Positions 18,738 through 28,036 of a stretch of DNA of 64,000 bases are shown in pieces. Position 1 is the first letter of the stretch, and each line of letters opens with the position of its first letter. This DNA comes from a virus: the IMG/VR virus record IMGVR_UViG_3300045988_177018, positions 49,928 through 113,927 of that record; one strand, written 5' to 3'. The position numbers were made by a program, and so were the translations under genes. The notes beneath the pieces were generated by a model. The model made no database searches and was not told the origin of the DNA. It saw only the letters and a program-made list of their open reading frames with translations.

Positions 18738-19115
18738 TCAGTCCAGCCTTTCGACCCATTCGACGTCGATGTCGCAGAAGTCCGCCGTATGGAGCAGCAG
18801 GTCCAGCTTCATGTCGTACGAGACGGGATTGTCGTAATGGTTCAGACGGTCGAGCATTTGGTCTTCGGACAGACTGAAGTCGTACTCGGAGGAGCTTTCG
18901 AAGTTGAAGCAGCATGCGGTCCAGTGGATGCCGTCATCGCTCTCGCAGGTCATCTCATCGTCGCCGTCCGACCATGAGAGGCTGATGTTCTCGGCGCAGA
19001 GCTCCACGAGTCCGATAGTCAGCGTGTTCCCGTCGAAGCGCGTGTACGGCAATGCGCCGGCCAATGCGGCTAATCCGTCACGGTACTTGGCTAAGGCATT
19101 CTCCAAGTCTTTCAT
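18738..19115 (-). CDS. Hypothetical acidic protein
   Basis: 125-aa ORF. Confidence 0.45.
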   Translation of the reverse strand: MKDLENALAKYRDGLAALAGALPYTRFDGNTLTIGLVELCAENISLSWSDGDDEMTCESDDGIHWTACCFNFESSSEYDFSLSEDQMLDRLNHYDNPVSYDMKLDLLLHTADFCDIDVEWVERLD

Positions 19116-19121
19116 GATTCC

Positions 19122-19808
19122 TCAGTCCTCGAATCTTGGCATGGTGTGCGCGGCGTCCAAGTATTCGACGCCGCCGTGAACCCAGTAGCGGGCAGTGATG
19201 GTGGCGGGGTCGTTCATTTCAGCGAACCAGTCGGCCAGCTCCTCCAAGCCCATGCCATCGGCGGTCTGCCAGAGGTCGTCGATGAACGCGTTCCAATCGG
19301 CTTGACTGGCGTCCTCGCGTTCGGACAATGCGAAATACCGTTCGCGCAACCTTTCGTCGGGGAGCACGTTGCCAGATAACTGTCCGTCCGTCAGCCACGA
19401 CCAATCGGCCACGCAGATTGCGCCCAAATCAGCTGAGGAAATCTCATAGATGCTGCTGTCCGTGCCGGGCCAGCAGCGGTCTTTGACGAAGATGATGGTG
19501 TCCATGGGTCGGCACGCCTCCTTGATGATGTCTTCCACGCCGTCCTTGTAGTCGTGGTCGTCTTCGAAGTCGTAGTACAAGCCTTCAATCAGAGGCTCCT
19601 TGTTTCGGTAGTCCTCGTCGGAGGCGTATATGGTGTACAGTGCGACCGTTGGATATTCGTCCTGCACGCCGATGGCGATGACAGGGCCGTCGCACATGAC
19701 CGTTTTAAGGGTATCGTCTTCGCGCATGCAGCTCACGATGTCAGCGTCCTCGACTTCGGGACGGGCGTACAGTTCGGACATCAGTCTGTAGAGGTTGATG
19801 TTCTGCAT
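19122..19808 (-). CDS. Hypothetical protein
   Basis: Start at MQNINLY. Upstream extension MLYWERSHK is the motif 19834..19857 read in frame. Confidence 0.45.
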   Translation of the reverse strand: MQNINLYRLMSELYARPEVEDADIVSCMREDDTLKTVMCDGPVIAIGVQDEYPTVALYTIYASDEDYRNKEPLIEGLYYDFEDDHDYKDGVEDIIKEACRPMDTIIFVKDRCWPGTDSSIYEISSADLGAICVADWSWLTDGQLSGNVLPDERLRERYFALSEREDASQADWNAFIDDLWQTADGMGLEELADWFAEMNDPATITARYWVHGGVEYLDAAHTMPRFED

Positions 19809-19833
19809 GGTGTTCTCCTTTTTCAACTGGGCT

Positions 19834-19857
19834 TTATGCGAACGCTCCCAGTATAAC
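19834..19857 (-). promoter_or_regulatory. Conserved promoter/leader motif copy
   Basis: ttatgcgaacgctcccagtataac. Confidence 0.5.
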
Positions 19858-20017
19858 ATAACAAACCTGAAGAGACAAACCACCCTATGCGTTCACCAAC
19901 AGCCTATCCAACACCGGTTTGTCAAGGGTTCACCCACCTCTAAGGCGGGTGGTGAATTGACATAATCTTATGCTATACTGGTATTCAGTCGTACTCATCA
20001 GGAACGAGGTGATTGCT

Positions 20018-20431
20018 GTGAAACTTGAATCGAATCATCATTCGGTGTTCCTCATGCATTATCATCTCGTGCTCGTCGTGAAATACCGTCGCAAAGTCTT
20101 TGATGACACGATTTCCAATCGCGCACGGGAGATTTTCGAGTACATCGCACCCAAGTACGGCATCACGTTGGAGGAATGGAATCATGACGTGGACCACGTG
20201 CATGTCCTGTTCCGCGCCCAGCCGAAGACCGAACTGTCGAAGTTCATCAACGCGTACAAGAGCGCCAGCAGCCGCCTGTTGAAACAGGAGTTCCCCGGAA
20301 TCAGATGCAAGCTTTGGAAGGAGTGTTTCTGGAGCCGTAGCTTCTGCCTGCTCACCACGGGCGGCGCACCCGTCGAGGTGATACGCAAATACATCGAGAA
20401 CCAAGGCGAGAAGAGCCGAACCCAAGCATGA
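20018..20431 (+). CDS. tnpA: IS200/IS605 Y1 (HUH) transposase TnpA
   Basis: HYHLVLVVKYRR and HVHVLF HUH motifs. GTG start at 20018 is likely; the ORF is open from 19970. Confidence 0.8.
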   Translation: MKLESNHHSVFLMHYHLVLVVKYRRKVFDDTISNRAREIFEYIAPKYGITLEEWNHDVDHVHVLFRAQPKTELSKFINAYKSASSRLLKQEFPGIRCKLWKECFWSRSFCLLTTGGAPVEVIRKYIENQGEKSRTQA

Positions 20432-21597
20432 AGACACATATCGCCGTGAGGTTCCGCGCCTATCCCACCGAAGAACAGGCACGGCTGATAGACCGCACCA
20501 TCGGCTGCGCACGCTTCGTATACAACCTCATGCTCGAAACCCGCATCGCCCACTATCAGACCACATGGGAATCATGCCGTCCCACGCCCGCCCTGTACAA
20601 GGACACGTACCCGTTCCTACGCGAAGTGGATAGCTTCGCTCTTTGCAACGCGCAACTCGCATTGGAGAAGGCGTACAAGAGGTTCTTCGAGGACAGGAAA
20701 ACAGGTTTTCCGAAGTACAAGTCGAAACGTCGGGGCAGGAAGACATACACGACGAATCTGTCCCACGGCAACATCGAATTGGATGACAAGGCAAGGAGGT
20801 TGAAACTACCCAAGCTCGGATGGTTGGCGGTCCGCCAACACAAGCGTATCCCCGACGATTGGAAACTGAAATCCGTCACCGTGGAGCATTGTCCTTCCGG
20901 AAGATACACCGCGACAATCCTTTTCGAGTACGAGACCCAAATACCCGAAAAAGTGAGGCCAGTGAAGACTGTCGGATTGGACTACGCGTCTCACGGCCTG
21001 TATGTTTCCAGTGACGGGGAGCACGCCGAATATCCGGGCTACTATCGAAAAATGCAGGACAAGCTCGCCAGAGAGCAACGCAAGCTTTCCCATATGGTCA
21101 AAGGTTCCGCCAACTGGCGTAAACAGTGCAAGCGGGTCGCCCGACTGTATGAGAAGACCGCCAATCAAAGACGCGACTACCAGCATAAGAAAGCCAACAG
21201 GATTGTCGCATCATACGATATGGTCGGCGTGGAGGCTCTGAGCATGAAAAGCATGATGAAGAAACCCGAGCCGAAACCAGACCCCGAACGTCAGGGACAT
21301 TATCTTCCCAATGGTCGCAAAGCCAGAAAAGGTTTGGCTAAAAGCACGTCGGACAACGGGTATGGCATGTTCTGCACCATGTTGGAATACAAGCTCGCCC
21401 GTCAAGGCAAACGGTTGGTTCATGTGGGCAAATGGTATCCGTCCAGCCAACTATGCTACGACTGCGGTTACAAGAATCCTCTGGTCAAGGATTTAAGTAT
21501 CCGCGAATGGGCGTGCCCATCATGTGGAGTGTTGCATGACCGTGACGTGAACGCCGCCCGGAATATTCGGGATGAGGCAATGAGAATCATCGAATAG
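20428..21597 (+). CDS. tnpB: TnpB RNA-guided endonuclease (IS605 OrfB)
   Basis: Classic N-terminus MKTHIAVRFRAYPTEEQ..RFVYN. C-terminal CYDCGY..CPSCG zinc ribbon and RuvC III (DRDVNAARNI). Confidence 0.85.
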   Translation: MKTHIAVRFRAYPTEEQARLIDRTIGCARFVYNLMLETRIAHYQTTWESCRPTPALYKDTYPFLREVDSFALCNAQLALEKAYKRFFEDRKTGFPKYKSKRRGRKTYTTNLSHGNIELDDKARRLKLPKLGWLAVRQHKRIPDDWKLKSVTVEHCPSGRYTATILFEYETQIPEKVRPVKTVGLDYASHGLYVSSDGEHAEYPGYYRKMQDKLAREQRKLSHMVKGSANWRKQCKRVARLYEKTANQRRDYQHKKANRIVASYDMVGVEALSMKSMMKKPEPKPDPERQGHYLPNGRKARKGLAKSTSDNGYGMFCTMLEYKLARQGKRLVHVGKWYPSSQLCYDCGYKNPLVKDLSIREWACPSCGVLHDRDVNAARNIRDEAMRIIE

Positions 21598-21603
21598 CAC
21601 GAC

Positions 21604-22281
21604 TCATAAATCGTGCGAACCACAGGGCATGTGGGGATAGCCTGTCGATACTGAACCCATTGGGGTTCTTGAGCAGGAAGCCCCGCCTCCACAGGCGGGG
21701 GAGAATGTCACTTCCTTCCGCATGGCCTCATACAGCATGTTCTCCTGAGTCGCGTCGGACAAGGCGCGATGCTCCTCCACGTCGCCTATACCGTAATCGC
21801 GGATGAGCGTGGCGACCTTATGGCTCGGTTTTTCAGGATGGATTTTCCGGCTCATTTCCAACGTGTCCAAAAACCGGTGAGGGAAGAAGAACATGCCGCC
21901 GTCCACGGTTTGCATGGCCGCGTCTAAGAAACGCAGGTCGAAGGTCGCGTTGTGGGCCATGATGATGGTTCTCGGGCCAAGCCAACGGTCGAATTCGCAT
22001 ATCGCCTGACTTACGTTGGGTTGTCCGATGACCATGCTGTCGTTGATTCCGGTGAGGGAGGTGATGTGTTCGGGGATATGCTGGTGCGGGTCGATTAATT
22101 GTTCGTACCTGTCCACGAGTTTCCCTTCGTGGATTTTCACGGCTCCGATTTCGATGAGTTTGGCACCGTCCGATGGTTTGAATCCGGTGGTTTCGGTGTC
22201 CACGACCGCGTAATCGTAGAGGGGTGTTTCCAGCGGGTCGATTCTTCGGGGGTCTCGGCTTTGGCGTTTATCCCAACTCAA
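21604..22281 (-). CDS. DnaQ-like 3'-5' exonuclease (DEDDh), 3' end fused to the IS right end
   Basis: VVDTETTG, HNATFD, HRALSD. The last about 37 codons are encoded by IS right-end sequence. Confidence 0.65.
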   Translation of the reverse strand: MSWDKRQSRDPRRIDPLETPLYDYAVVDTETTGFKPSDGAKLIEIGAVKIHEGKLVDRYEQLIDPHQHIPEHITSLTGINDSMVIGQPNVSQAICEFDRWLGPRTIIMAHNATFDLRFLDAAMQTVDGGMFFFPHRFLDTLEMSRKIHPEKPSHKVATLIRDYGIGDVEEHRALSDATQENMLYEAMRKEVTFSPACGGGASCSRTPMGSVSTGYPHMPCGSHDL

Positions 22282-22305
22282 CGTTAGTCTCCTTTGTAAG
22301 GAAAA

Positions 22306-22329
22306 ATGTGTGGACGCTTCTACTATAAC
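22306..22329 (-). promoter_or_regulatory. Variant copy of the conserved promoter/leader motif
   Basis: atgtgtggacgcttctactataac. Confidence 0.4.
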
Positions 22330-22331
22330 AC

Positions 22332-22601
22332 TTAAGCCGTGATGGTTTCGAGCCGACCGTCCAACACGGTTTTTACCACTTCCTCAAAATCCGTATCTTC
22401 CGGCAACAGACGGGAGTTATACAACATGCCGCACACCTTCATCAGTTCCGAATGTCCATGTGCTGTACGCCTGAAATCGCGGGTTGCACCAGCCTTGTAT
22501 GCTCGGCGCAACTGCAACGCCAACTGTTCGCGTGTGAGCGTGATGCATTCGCCTTCCTCAATGGGATAGCGTTCTTCCAATTCCTCGGTGAGAATGCTCA
22601 A
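22332..22601 (-). CDS. Hypothetical protein
   Basis: 89-aa ORF. Confidence 0.4.
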   Translation of the reverse strand: MSILTEELEERYPIEEGECITLTREQLALQLRRAYKAGATRDFRRTAHGHSELMKVCGMLYNSRLLPEDTDFEEVVKTVLDGRLETITA

Positions 22602-22636
22602 TTTTCCTGTATTCCTTTCTCTGTTTTCCTATATCT

Positions 22637-23032
22637 TTAGACGTACATGCCTTCATGCCAGCCGGACAGCAGACCCCATTCGGACAGTCTGCGATACCAT
22701 TTCTCACATTCGTCGGCTACGTTGTTCGCATACTCCAAGGTCGGGTTGACGCTGAGTAGATACTGGTAGTCGTAGGGTTGGCAGAAGCATTCGTCCAACA
22801 CGTCTATCCGCCAGTCGTGCCCATCCTTGGCGATGTGCGCATTCAGGGTTATATCGGAGTCGGTTGATACGCGTCGGCAGAGATACCAGTATCCTTTCCG
22901 ACGGTCAGTAAACCCCAGTTCTCGCATGGTCGCATCATCCAATGGACGCATGGATAATGCCGCATTGTTGTGGTGTTTCGTATAGGTGACGCCTTCGATT
23001 GAGAATCGCGGAATATTCTGTTTGCCGGACAT
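22637..23032 (-). CDS. Hypothetical protein
   Basis: 131-aa ORF. Confidence 0.45.
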   Translation of the reverse strand: MSGKQNIPRFSIEGVTYTKHHNNAALSMRPLDDATMRELGFTDRRKGYWYLCRRVSTDSDITLNAHIAKDGHDWRIDVLDECFCQPYDYQYLLSVNPTLEYANNVADECEKWYRRLSEWGLLSGWHEGMYV

Positions 23033-23051
23033 ACGTTTTTCCTATTTTGTT

Positions 23052-23468
23052 CTATGCGTTAACCAATGTCCTGTCACGTAGGCTTTCGAGTGCGTCGCGC
23101 AGAACTCCGGAGTAGTTGACGTTATTCTGTTCTCCCCACGTGTCCAACCATGCGGGGATGGTGACGTTCTTACGCACGGCTTTTTTACCATATTTGGCGG
23201 CGTAGGAGTCCATGTCAAGCATGATGATACTGACCATTGCATCGGGTTCATCAGGTTTGATGGAACGCATGTCGCTGGCTTTGGGTGCCGGATTGCCCGC
23301 CTCTAGTTCGGTGAGAACCCATCCGCTGGCCGCGTCTTCGGCCATGGATAACGCTTCGGCTAGGCTGTTGCCTCCGGTAGCGCATCCGGGGAGGTCGGGG
23401 ATTTCGACGGCGTAAGTGCCGAGGTTTTCATGGTCGGGGATGATGATGATGGGGTATGTGAGTTTCAT
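23052..23468 (-). CDS. hicB: HicB-family antitoxin
   Basis: YAVEIPDLPGCATGGNSLAEAL HicB fold signature. C-terminal DNA-binding tail. Overlaps hicA by 4 nt. Confidence 0.65.
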   Translation of the reverse strand: MKLTYPIIIIPDHENLGTYAVEIPDLPGCATGGNSLAEALSMAEDAASGWVLTELEAGNPAPKASDMRSIKPDEPDAMVSIIMLDMDSYAAKYGKKAVRKNVTIPAWLDTWGEQNNVNYSGVLRDALESLRDRTLVNA

Positions 23469-23662
23469 TTTGTTCTCTTTTCGTTGATTCCTGCTTGTTT
23501 CCAGATGGATTTGACGACGATGGGTGGTATGTCACCATTGTGTTTGGGAATGGTGACTTTGCCTTTTTTGGTCGGGTGGATGTACTGGCAGTGGCTTCCG
23601 GCTTGGCTGTAGTATTGCCAGCCGTCTGCGAGTATTCGTTTCTCGACCTGTTTGAATCTCAT
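23465..23662 (-). CDS. hicA: HicA-family mRNA interferase toxin
   Basis: ILADGW..QAGSHCQYIHP..KGKVTIPKH..IPPIVVKSIWKQAGI. The start is placed by the consensus promoter immediately upstream. Confidence 0.65.
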   Translation of the reverse strand: MRFKQVEKRILADGWQYYSQAGSHCQYIHPTKKGKVTIPKHNGDIPPIVVKSIWKQAGINEKRTK

Positions 23663-23698
23663 ACCCCATATTATACGCATTATGCGTATAATTGTCAA
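23663..23698 (-). promoter_or_regulatory. hicAB promoter (TTGACA-17-TATAAT) with a perfect 9-1-9 palindromic operator in the spacer; leaderless start
   Basis: Bottom-strand read: TTGACA attatacgcataatgcg TATAAT atggggt ATG. Palindrome tatacgcat-t-atgcgtata at 23672..23690. Confidence 0.6.
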
Positions 23699-23704
23699 GT
23701 TTAC

Positions 23705-24070
23705 TCAACTAATACTCGATGCGTCCGCACGAAAATCAACCATCGGAATACGGGAGCCAACGGAAAGTTGGCAAGCATAGGGGTCGATTGTCCTATGTTG
23801 CCAAACAACTCCGCCTGTTTTAGGCCAACCCAACCGGCCTATCCCATCCAGATAGTTCAGGATGCTCATGTGTGCCATCCACCGGCACCATCCCTTTGGG
23901 CATATCGCGTCGAACATGGGAGTGTCTTCCGCTTCCGGCCGGCAGGAGTGTCGTTGCCAAGAACGTAGGTACACGCGGTAGAGCGCGTAGTGGCCGTTCG
24001 TGGGAAGTTCCACGGTGTCGAACACGGCGCGGGTCGGGTGGTCGTCGAATCGTATTCGTCTGCCAAGCAA
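23705..24070 (-). CDS. Hypothetical protein (weak call)
   Basis: 121-aa ORF with no recognisable motif. Confidence 0.3.
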   Translation of the reverse strand: MLGRRIRFDDHPTRAVFDTVELPTNGHYALYRVYLRSWQRHSCRPEAEDTPMFDAICPKGWCRWMAHMSILNYLDGIGRLGWPKTGGVVWQHRTIDPYACQLSVGSRIPMVDFRADASSIS

Positions 24071-24071
24071 A

Positions 24072-25337
24072 CTATCCTCTCCTTTCTTCCTTTGGCTTTC
24101 TCTCCCTACTGGAGTCGGTGGAGAAAGCCAGAACGGGCGGAACGCATTGCTTCCAGTTAAGCCTTAAAGCGATAGTCAAGTCGTTCATGTTCAATGCGAA
24201 CAGTCCGGCGTTCATCATGCCGTTCAATTCGACAATGGAAACCTCATCATTAATAAGACACAGGTCGAGGACATATGCGGCGTAGCCGCAGTGTGAGAGC
24301 ATGCGTCCGGCTCTTACCGCGAACTCGCGATACCGTTCGACCAATTCAGGTTTGACTGCGACATTATCCGTCGTACCGTCGTCACGATGCTCCTGTACTT
24401 GAGGGTCGAATCTTGTATGCATGTTGTCGAGAGGGGTTTTCAACCCGATATTGCCAGCGCCGCATACGGGCTGGTCGCCTACCATGAACATGCGGTATTC
24501 ATATCGGATGTCCGCATACTGTTGGATAAGCAGTGCGTTCGGGTCGTCATCCGCCATAATGAACGCCCATTCGCCCCAGTCATGTACCTGCTGGACGAGC
24601 TGGTCAATGTCGGTGCCGGACAGTTTCAAGTTCGGCAGTCGTTTGCTCTGGTGCATGTATTTGACGAAGAAGTCGGATACTCCTTCGCTGATAAGGGAAT
24701 CGAACGCTTGACTGACATCATCCTCGTGAACCGAACTGAGTCGTGTCTTACGGTGCATGAGCATACGCACGTTCGGATTGATGGCGTACATGTCCGCTTT
24801 GGAAGGGTCGCCAATCTGGTCGATGCTTGGCACTCTCAACACCGGTCCGAAGTGAGGGAGGCCAATCAGGTCGCGGGGGTTGACGTCATCCCTGTCGCAA
24901 ATACGGACAATGGCGTCATCTCCCAGATTGCGGGTACCCCAGTAAAGACGGGCGCAGAGTTCAATCCAATCCTCTCGGTCTCCTCCTTCCGGTTGGACTT
25001 TGCCGACGTATTTTTCCCACGCGTGAATGTAATAGTCGGGGATTCCGTTCAAATTGTCCGGACATTTGAACGGTGGGACGGAAATGACCCACGGTTTTCC
25101 CATTCGTCTATCGACTCCTTTGGAATGCTTGTTTGCGTATGCGATTCCGGCTGTGAATGCTTCCGCCGCATAGTCGTGCAGGATTTCCAACTGTTTTAGA
25201 CTGAAACCATCCTCCAAATGAGGGGGCAGTTCCGGCAGGTTCTCTTCAATCTCCTGTTCGGAGACGGTATGAATGTGCAATGTTCTGCTTTCAGGGTTCG
25301 GTTGGCGGACTTTCCAATAGGGAACGTCCGCCGACAT
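24072..25337 (-). CDS. Putative ATP-grasp domain protein
   Basis: 421 aa. EYRMFMVGDQPV and YVLDLCL..VSIVELNGMMNAGLF resemble ATP-grasp C-terminal motifs. Confidence 0.4.
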   Translation of the reverse strand: MSADVPYWKVRQPNPESRTLHIHTVSEQEIEENLPELPPHLEDGFSLKQLEILHDYAAEAFTAGIAYANKHSKGVDRRMGKPWVISVPPFKCPDNLNGIPDYYIHAWEKYVGKVQPEGGDREDWIELCARLYWGTRNLGDDAIVRICDRDDVNPRDLIGLPHFGPVLRVPSIDQIGDPSKADMYAINPNVRMLMHRKTRLSSVHEDDVSQAFDSLISEGVSDFFVKYMHQSKRLPNLKLSGTDIDQLVQQVHDWGEWAFIMADDDPNALLIQQYADIRYEYRMFMVGDQPVCGAGNIGLKTPLDNMHTRFDPQVQEHRDDGTTDNVAVKPELVERYREFAVRAGRMLSHCGYAAYVLDLCLINDEVSIVELNGMMNAGLFALNMNDLTIALRLNWKQCVPPVLAFSTDSSRERKPKEERRG

Positions 25338-25358
25338 GTGTTTAGAGCTTACAAGCTC

Positions 25359-25721
25359 TTATAGTTTTCTTCGCGCCTTGTCCAAGTCTTCGACAATCGC
25401 GTCATACAGTCCGTCAACGTCCAACGATTCCAGCTTGTGCGACGGCAAATCCACGGGAGTGTATTCCCCGTCGTCGAAAACCCAATGCGCGGACGAAACC
25501 GTGTATACCCCTCCACTCCAACGGTAGGAATGTTTGCCGTTATGTTGCGAGTCTGCCACAAGGTAGTATTCGAACATCTTGCCCATGTATGGGCATTGGA
25601 ATGCGACTTCGATTCCATCCCCGAAGAGGGCGTGGGTGGCGTGCGCTCCTGTCACGTATGGGATTTCGGAGAGCTTGTCAATGAGTTTCCGGTAGGTGTC
25701 TTCGTTGATTTTCGAGTACAT
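25359..25721 (-). CDS. Hypothetical protein
   Basis: 120-aa ORF. Motif copy upstream. Confidence 0.45.
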   Translation of the reverse strand: MYSKINEDTYRKLIDKLSEIPYVTGAHATHALFGDGIEVAFQCPYMGKMFEYYLVADSQHNGKHSYRWSGGVYTVSSAHWVFDDGEYTPVDLPSHKLESLDVDGLYDAIVEDLDKARRKL

Positions 25722-25755
25722 TCTTTTTCCTTTTTCTGTATGGGTCGAACCCTTG

Positions 25756-25778
25756 TTTGTGTGGACAGTTCCAGTATA
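25756..25778 (-). promoter_or_regulatory. Conserved promoter/leader motif copy
   Basis: ttgtgtggacagttccagtata. Confidence 0.5.
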
Positions 25779-25913
25779 TCATACAAATGACAAAACTAAA
25801 AACAGCACACACCCTACTTGACCCCAGCCGAGAATTCTTGCTGGAAGATACTTTGCGACGGGGCCAGTCGAAGGACGGCTCCCTTTGACTGACCCGTGAG
25901 GTGCTGGATGGTT

Positions 25914-26747
25914 TCAGCCGTGCAACGCGGTGATGATTTCGTCAGCGGCCTTACGGACATGCTCGGCAGTGGAGCGTACAAGCTTGGGGTCAGCATCGCT
26001 CCACCCCGCCACATAGCGGATGGAATACTCGCCGGTGTCCATTCCCATGTATCTAGCCACCACATAGGCGACGCTTTCCGCCTCGGTCTCGTAGATGCCG
26101 CGATGCCGACCGTATTCACCTTCCGGCAACCCCTGATGGAGGAGCATGTGGGCCGTTTCGTGCAGGATGGTCTTGGCGTCCTGCCTCGGACTGTTCTTCG
26201 CGTTGAGCATGATTCGTCTGCTTCCATCCATCGTGGTGTAGCCTTTGACGTCCCTCCCCATCGACTCATGGCCCACCCGCCAATGTTTGGATTCGAGCCA
26301 AGCGGTCATACGTCCGACGAGGCCGAGCGCGTCTGCGCCTTCAAGCTCGGACGGCTTCATCTGCTCGATGGGGTCGGTCTGGGGCACGTCGAACACCGTC
26401 AAGATGGGATACCAGACTTTTTGGATAGGGTCGCCGTTCTCGTCTAGCTGTGGGTTGCCGTCTTCGTCCTTGACGGTTCTAGTGCTGAAGCCGAAGATTT
26501 TCATACCGTGTTCGCCTTTGCGCACGACGCGCCCGCGCGTCTGCCATTGGCGGAATCCGGCGACCAGCGACGAGTTGCCGTTCGATTGAATGAGCATTAG
26601 CAGGATGTTGTTCCAGCTGTATTGGTGGAAACGTCCCATGAAATCGAGGTAGCGCTGCCAAGTGCCGGAGTCCCGTAGTTCCTTCACGCCGGTTTCGATG
26701 TCCTTGCGCAGTTCTTCGATTCGTTCCCTGTGTTGCTTGTCTGCCAT
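25914..26747 (-). CDS. ardC: ArdC-like antirestriction protein (ssDNA-binding N-domain + HExxH metalloprotease-like C-domain)
   Basis: HQYSWNNILLMLIQ (ArdC-N/DUF1738 signature) and ILHETAHMLLH. Confidence 0.7.
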   Translation of the reverse strand: MADKQHRERIEELRKDIETGVKELRDSGTWQRYLDFMGRFHQYSWNNILLMLIQSNGNSSLVAGFRQWQTRGRVVRKGEHGMKIFGFSTRTVKDEDGNPQLDENGDPIQKVWYPILTVFDVPQTDPIEQMKPSELEGADALGLVGRMTAWLESKHWRVGHESMGRDVKGYTTMDGSRRIMLNAKNSPRQDAKTILHETAHMLLHQGLPEGEYGRHRGIYETEAESVAYVVARYMGMDTGEYSIRYVAGWSDADPKLVRSTAEHVRKAADEIITALHG

Positions 26748-26789
26748 TTCATTGTTTCTTTCGGTCGCATACGGGAGGTGCCAGCGCGG

Positions 26790-27047
26790 TCAGCAGCAGT
26801 ATTCGTTGACTGTGTTGACCAGTTCGCTCATGCTCATGCCGTACACGTCGCTGTGGCGGTGGAAGATGCTTTTGGTGAAGAGCCTTTTTTGCATGATGTC
26901 GCGGGCTTCGGCGCTTTGTGCGAGTTTCACGCTTTCAGTGAATGCGCCTGTGGGGTTGCCGTTGATTTGTTTGGCGTATTCGACTGCTTGGGCTTTGGGC
27001 ATTTTCTTGACGTTCATTGCGCCGCCGATGTAGTGGATTGCGTACAT
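26790..27047 (-). CDS. Hypothetical protein
   Basis: Start at MYAIHYIGG. The ORF is open to 27164. Confidence 0.4.
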   Translation of the reverse strand: MYAIHYIGGAMNVKKMPKAQAVEYAKQINGNPTGAFTESVKLAQSAEARDIMQKRLFTKSIFHRHSDVYGMSMSELVNTVNEYCC

Positions 27048-27073
27048 GTTGTGTGCTCCTTGGTTTTTCGACC

Positions 27074-27099
27074 TTGTGTGTGTGAACAATTCCAGTATA
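27074..27099 (-). promoter_or_regulatory. Conserved promoter/leader motif copy
   Basis: ttgtgtgtgtgaacaattccagtata. Confidence 0.55.
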
Positions 27100-27233
27100 G
27101 CATATTTGAGAGAAAGCGCAAAAGCGCCAAAAACAAAAAGCCGCGCAAACGCAAAAGCATCCACACGACTCGATATTTTTCACCACTATACGGAGGGTTG
27201 TGCGGTTGCCTCCGCCGCAGTGGGCGATGCCGG

Positions 27234-27530
27234 TTAGTCGAAGTCCGACGGTTCACCATCGAGAAAGTTATAAAACTGGTCGAAGGCATATTGCACGGTA
27301 TCCTCATAACGGCTTGGCTTCGGCTGTGCGTTCTTTTCCCGCTCTTCCTGCTCTATCAACTGGTCTATTTGGCTTTGCTCATTGCGGTGTTGCCACGCGA
27401 GAGGCTCGTTGCCTTGGGCTAGGTTCTCATACACCGTATATTCATGCCCGCGATAGCTATAGACAAGATAGACCATATGGGCGTCGTATCCGTGCCCGTG
27501 GTATTTTCTAACGAACGTCGCTTTTCGCAT
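27234..27530 (-). CDS. Hypothetical protein
   Basis: 98-aa ORF. Confidence 0.4.
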   Translation of the reverse strand: MRKATFVRKYHGHGYDAHMVYLVYSYRGHEYTVYENLAQGNEPLAWQHRNEQSQIDQLIEQEEREKNAQPKPSRYEDTVQYAFDQFYNFLDGEPSDFD

Positions 27531-27621
27531 TATTGCCCCTCTTGTGAATGGTGGGGCGTGTCTGTCATGGCACGCCCCTTTGCGTTTTGACGGATATTGC
27601 GCCGTGGGAAACCGTATGTTT

Positions 27622-27945
27622 TTAAGCTTCTACCAGCTCCCACCGGTCTCCAGCCTCTTCGTCGAATTCGCCTAATCGGAAACCATATGCGGCAAGCCTC
27701 CTGTCCGCCGTGGCCTCCCATTCGTCCTCGTCATCGCCGTATACATCTTCGACCCTCTCGGCATCGGAGTAGGAGTCGGCGCGTCCCAAGTTGATAAGCC
27801 ATTGGGAGGAGTCAGCCCCCATCCAGATGCCATTGCCGGTGATGGCATCGACGATAAGAAGCGTGTCGAATGCATCGCTCCCGTAGACGGCTATCGGCTG
27901 AACAGTGACGGTCTCGTTGGTGTTGATGTCAAGTGCGGTAAACAT
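27622..27945 (-). CDS. Hypothetical acidic protein
   Basis: Start at MFTALDIN. The ORF is open to 28104. Confidence 0.4.
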   Translation of the reverse strand: MFTALDINTNETVTVQPIAVYGSDAFDTLLIVDAITGNGIWMGADSSQWLINLGRADSYSDAERVEDVYGDDEDEWEATADRRLAAYGFRLGEFDEEAGDRWELVEA

Positions 27946-27970
27946 TTCGGCTTTGTCTTTTCTTGTGTTT

Positions 27971-27992
27971 TTGTGTGAACAATTCCAGTATA
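27971..27992 (-). promoter_or_regulatory. Conserved promoter/leader motif copy
   Basis: ttgtgtgaacaattccagtata. Confidence 0.55.
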
Positions 27993-28036
27993 CCACATGA
28001 ATGGAGACATCCCCAAATAGCACACACTCCACTTGG

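Larger units (their letters stand above)
19925..21715 (+). mobile_element. IS200/IS605-family insertion sequence (tnpA + tnpB) with terminal hairpins
   Basis: Left-end hairpin ttcacccacctctaaggcgggtggtgaa. Right-end hairpins cacgactcataaatcgtg and ccccgcctccacaggcgggg. Confidence 0.8.

Noticed and set aside
24387-25199. 270-aa plus ORF antisense to the ATP-grasp-like gene
   Set aside because: Shadow ORF. The minus frame has ordinary protein composition and ATP-grasp-like motifs.
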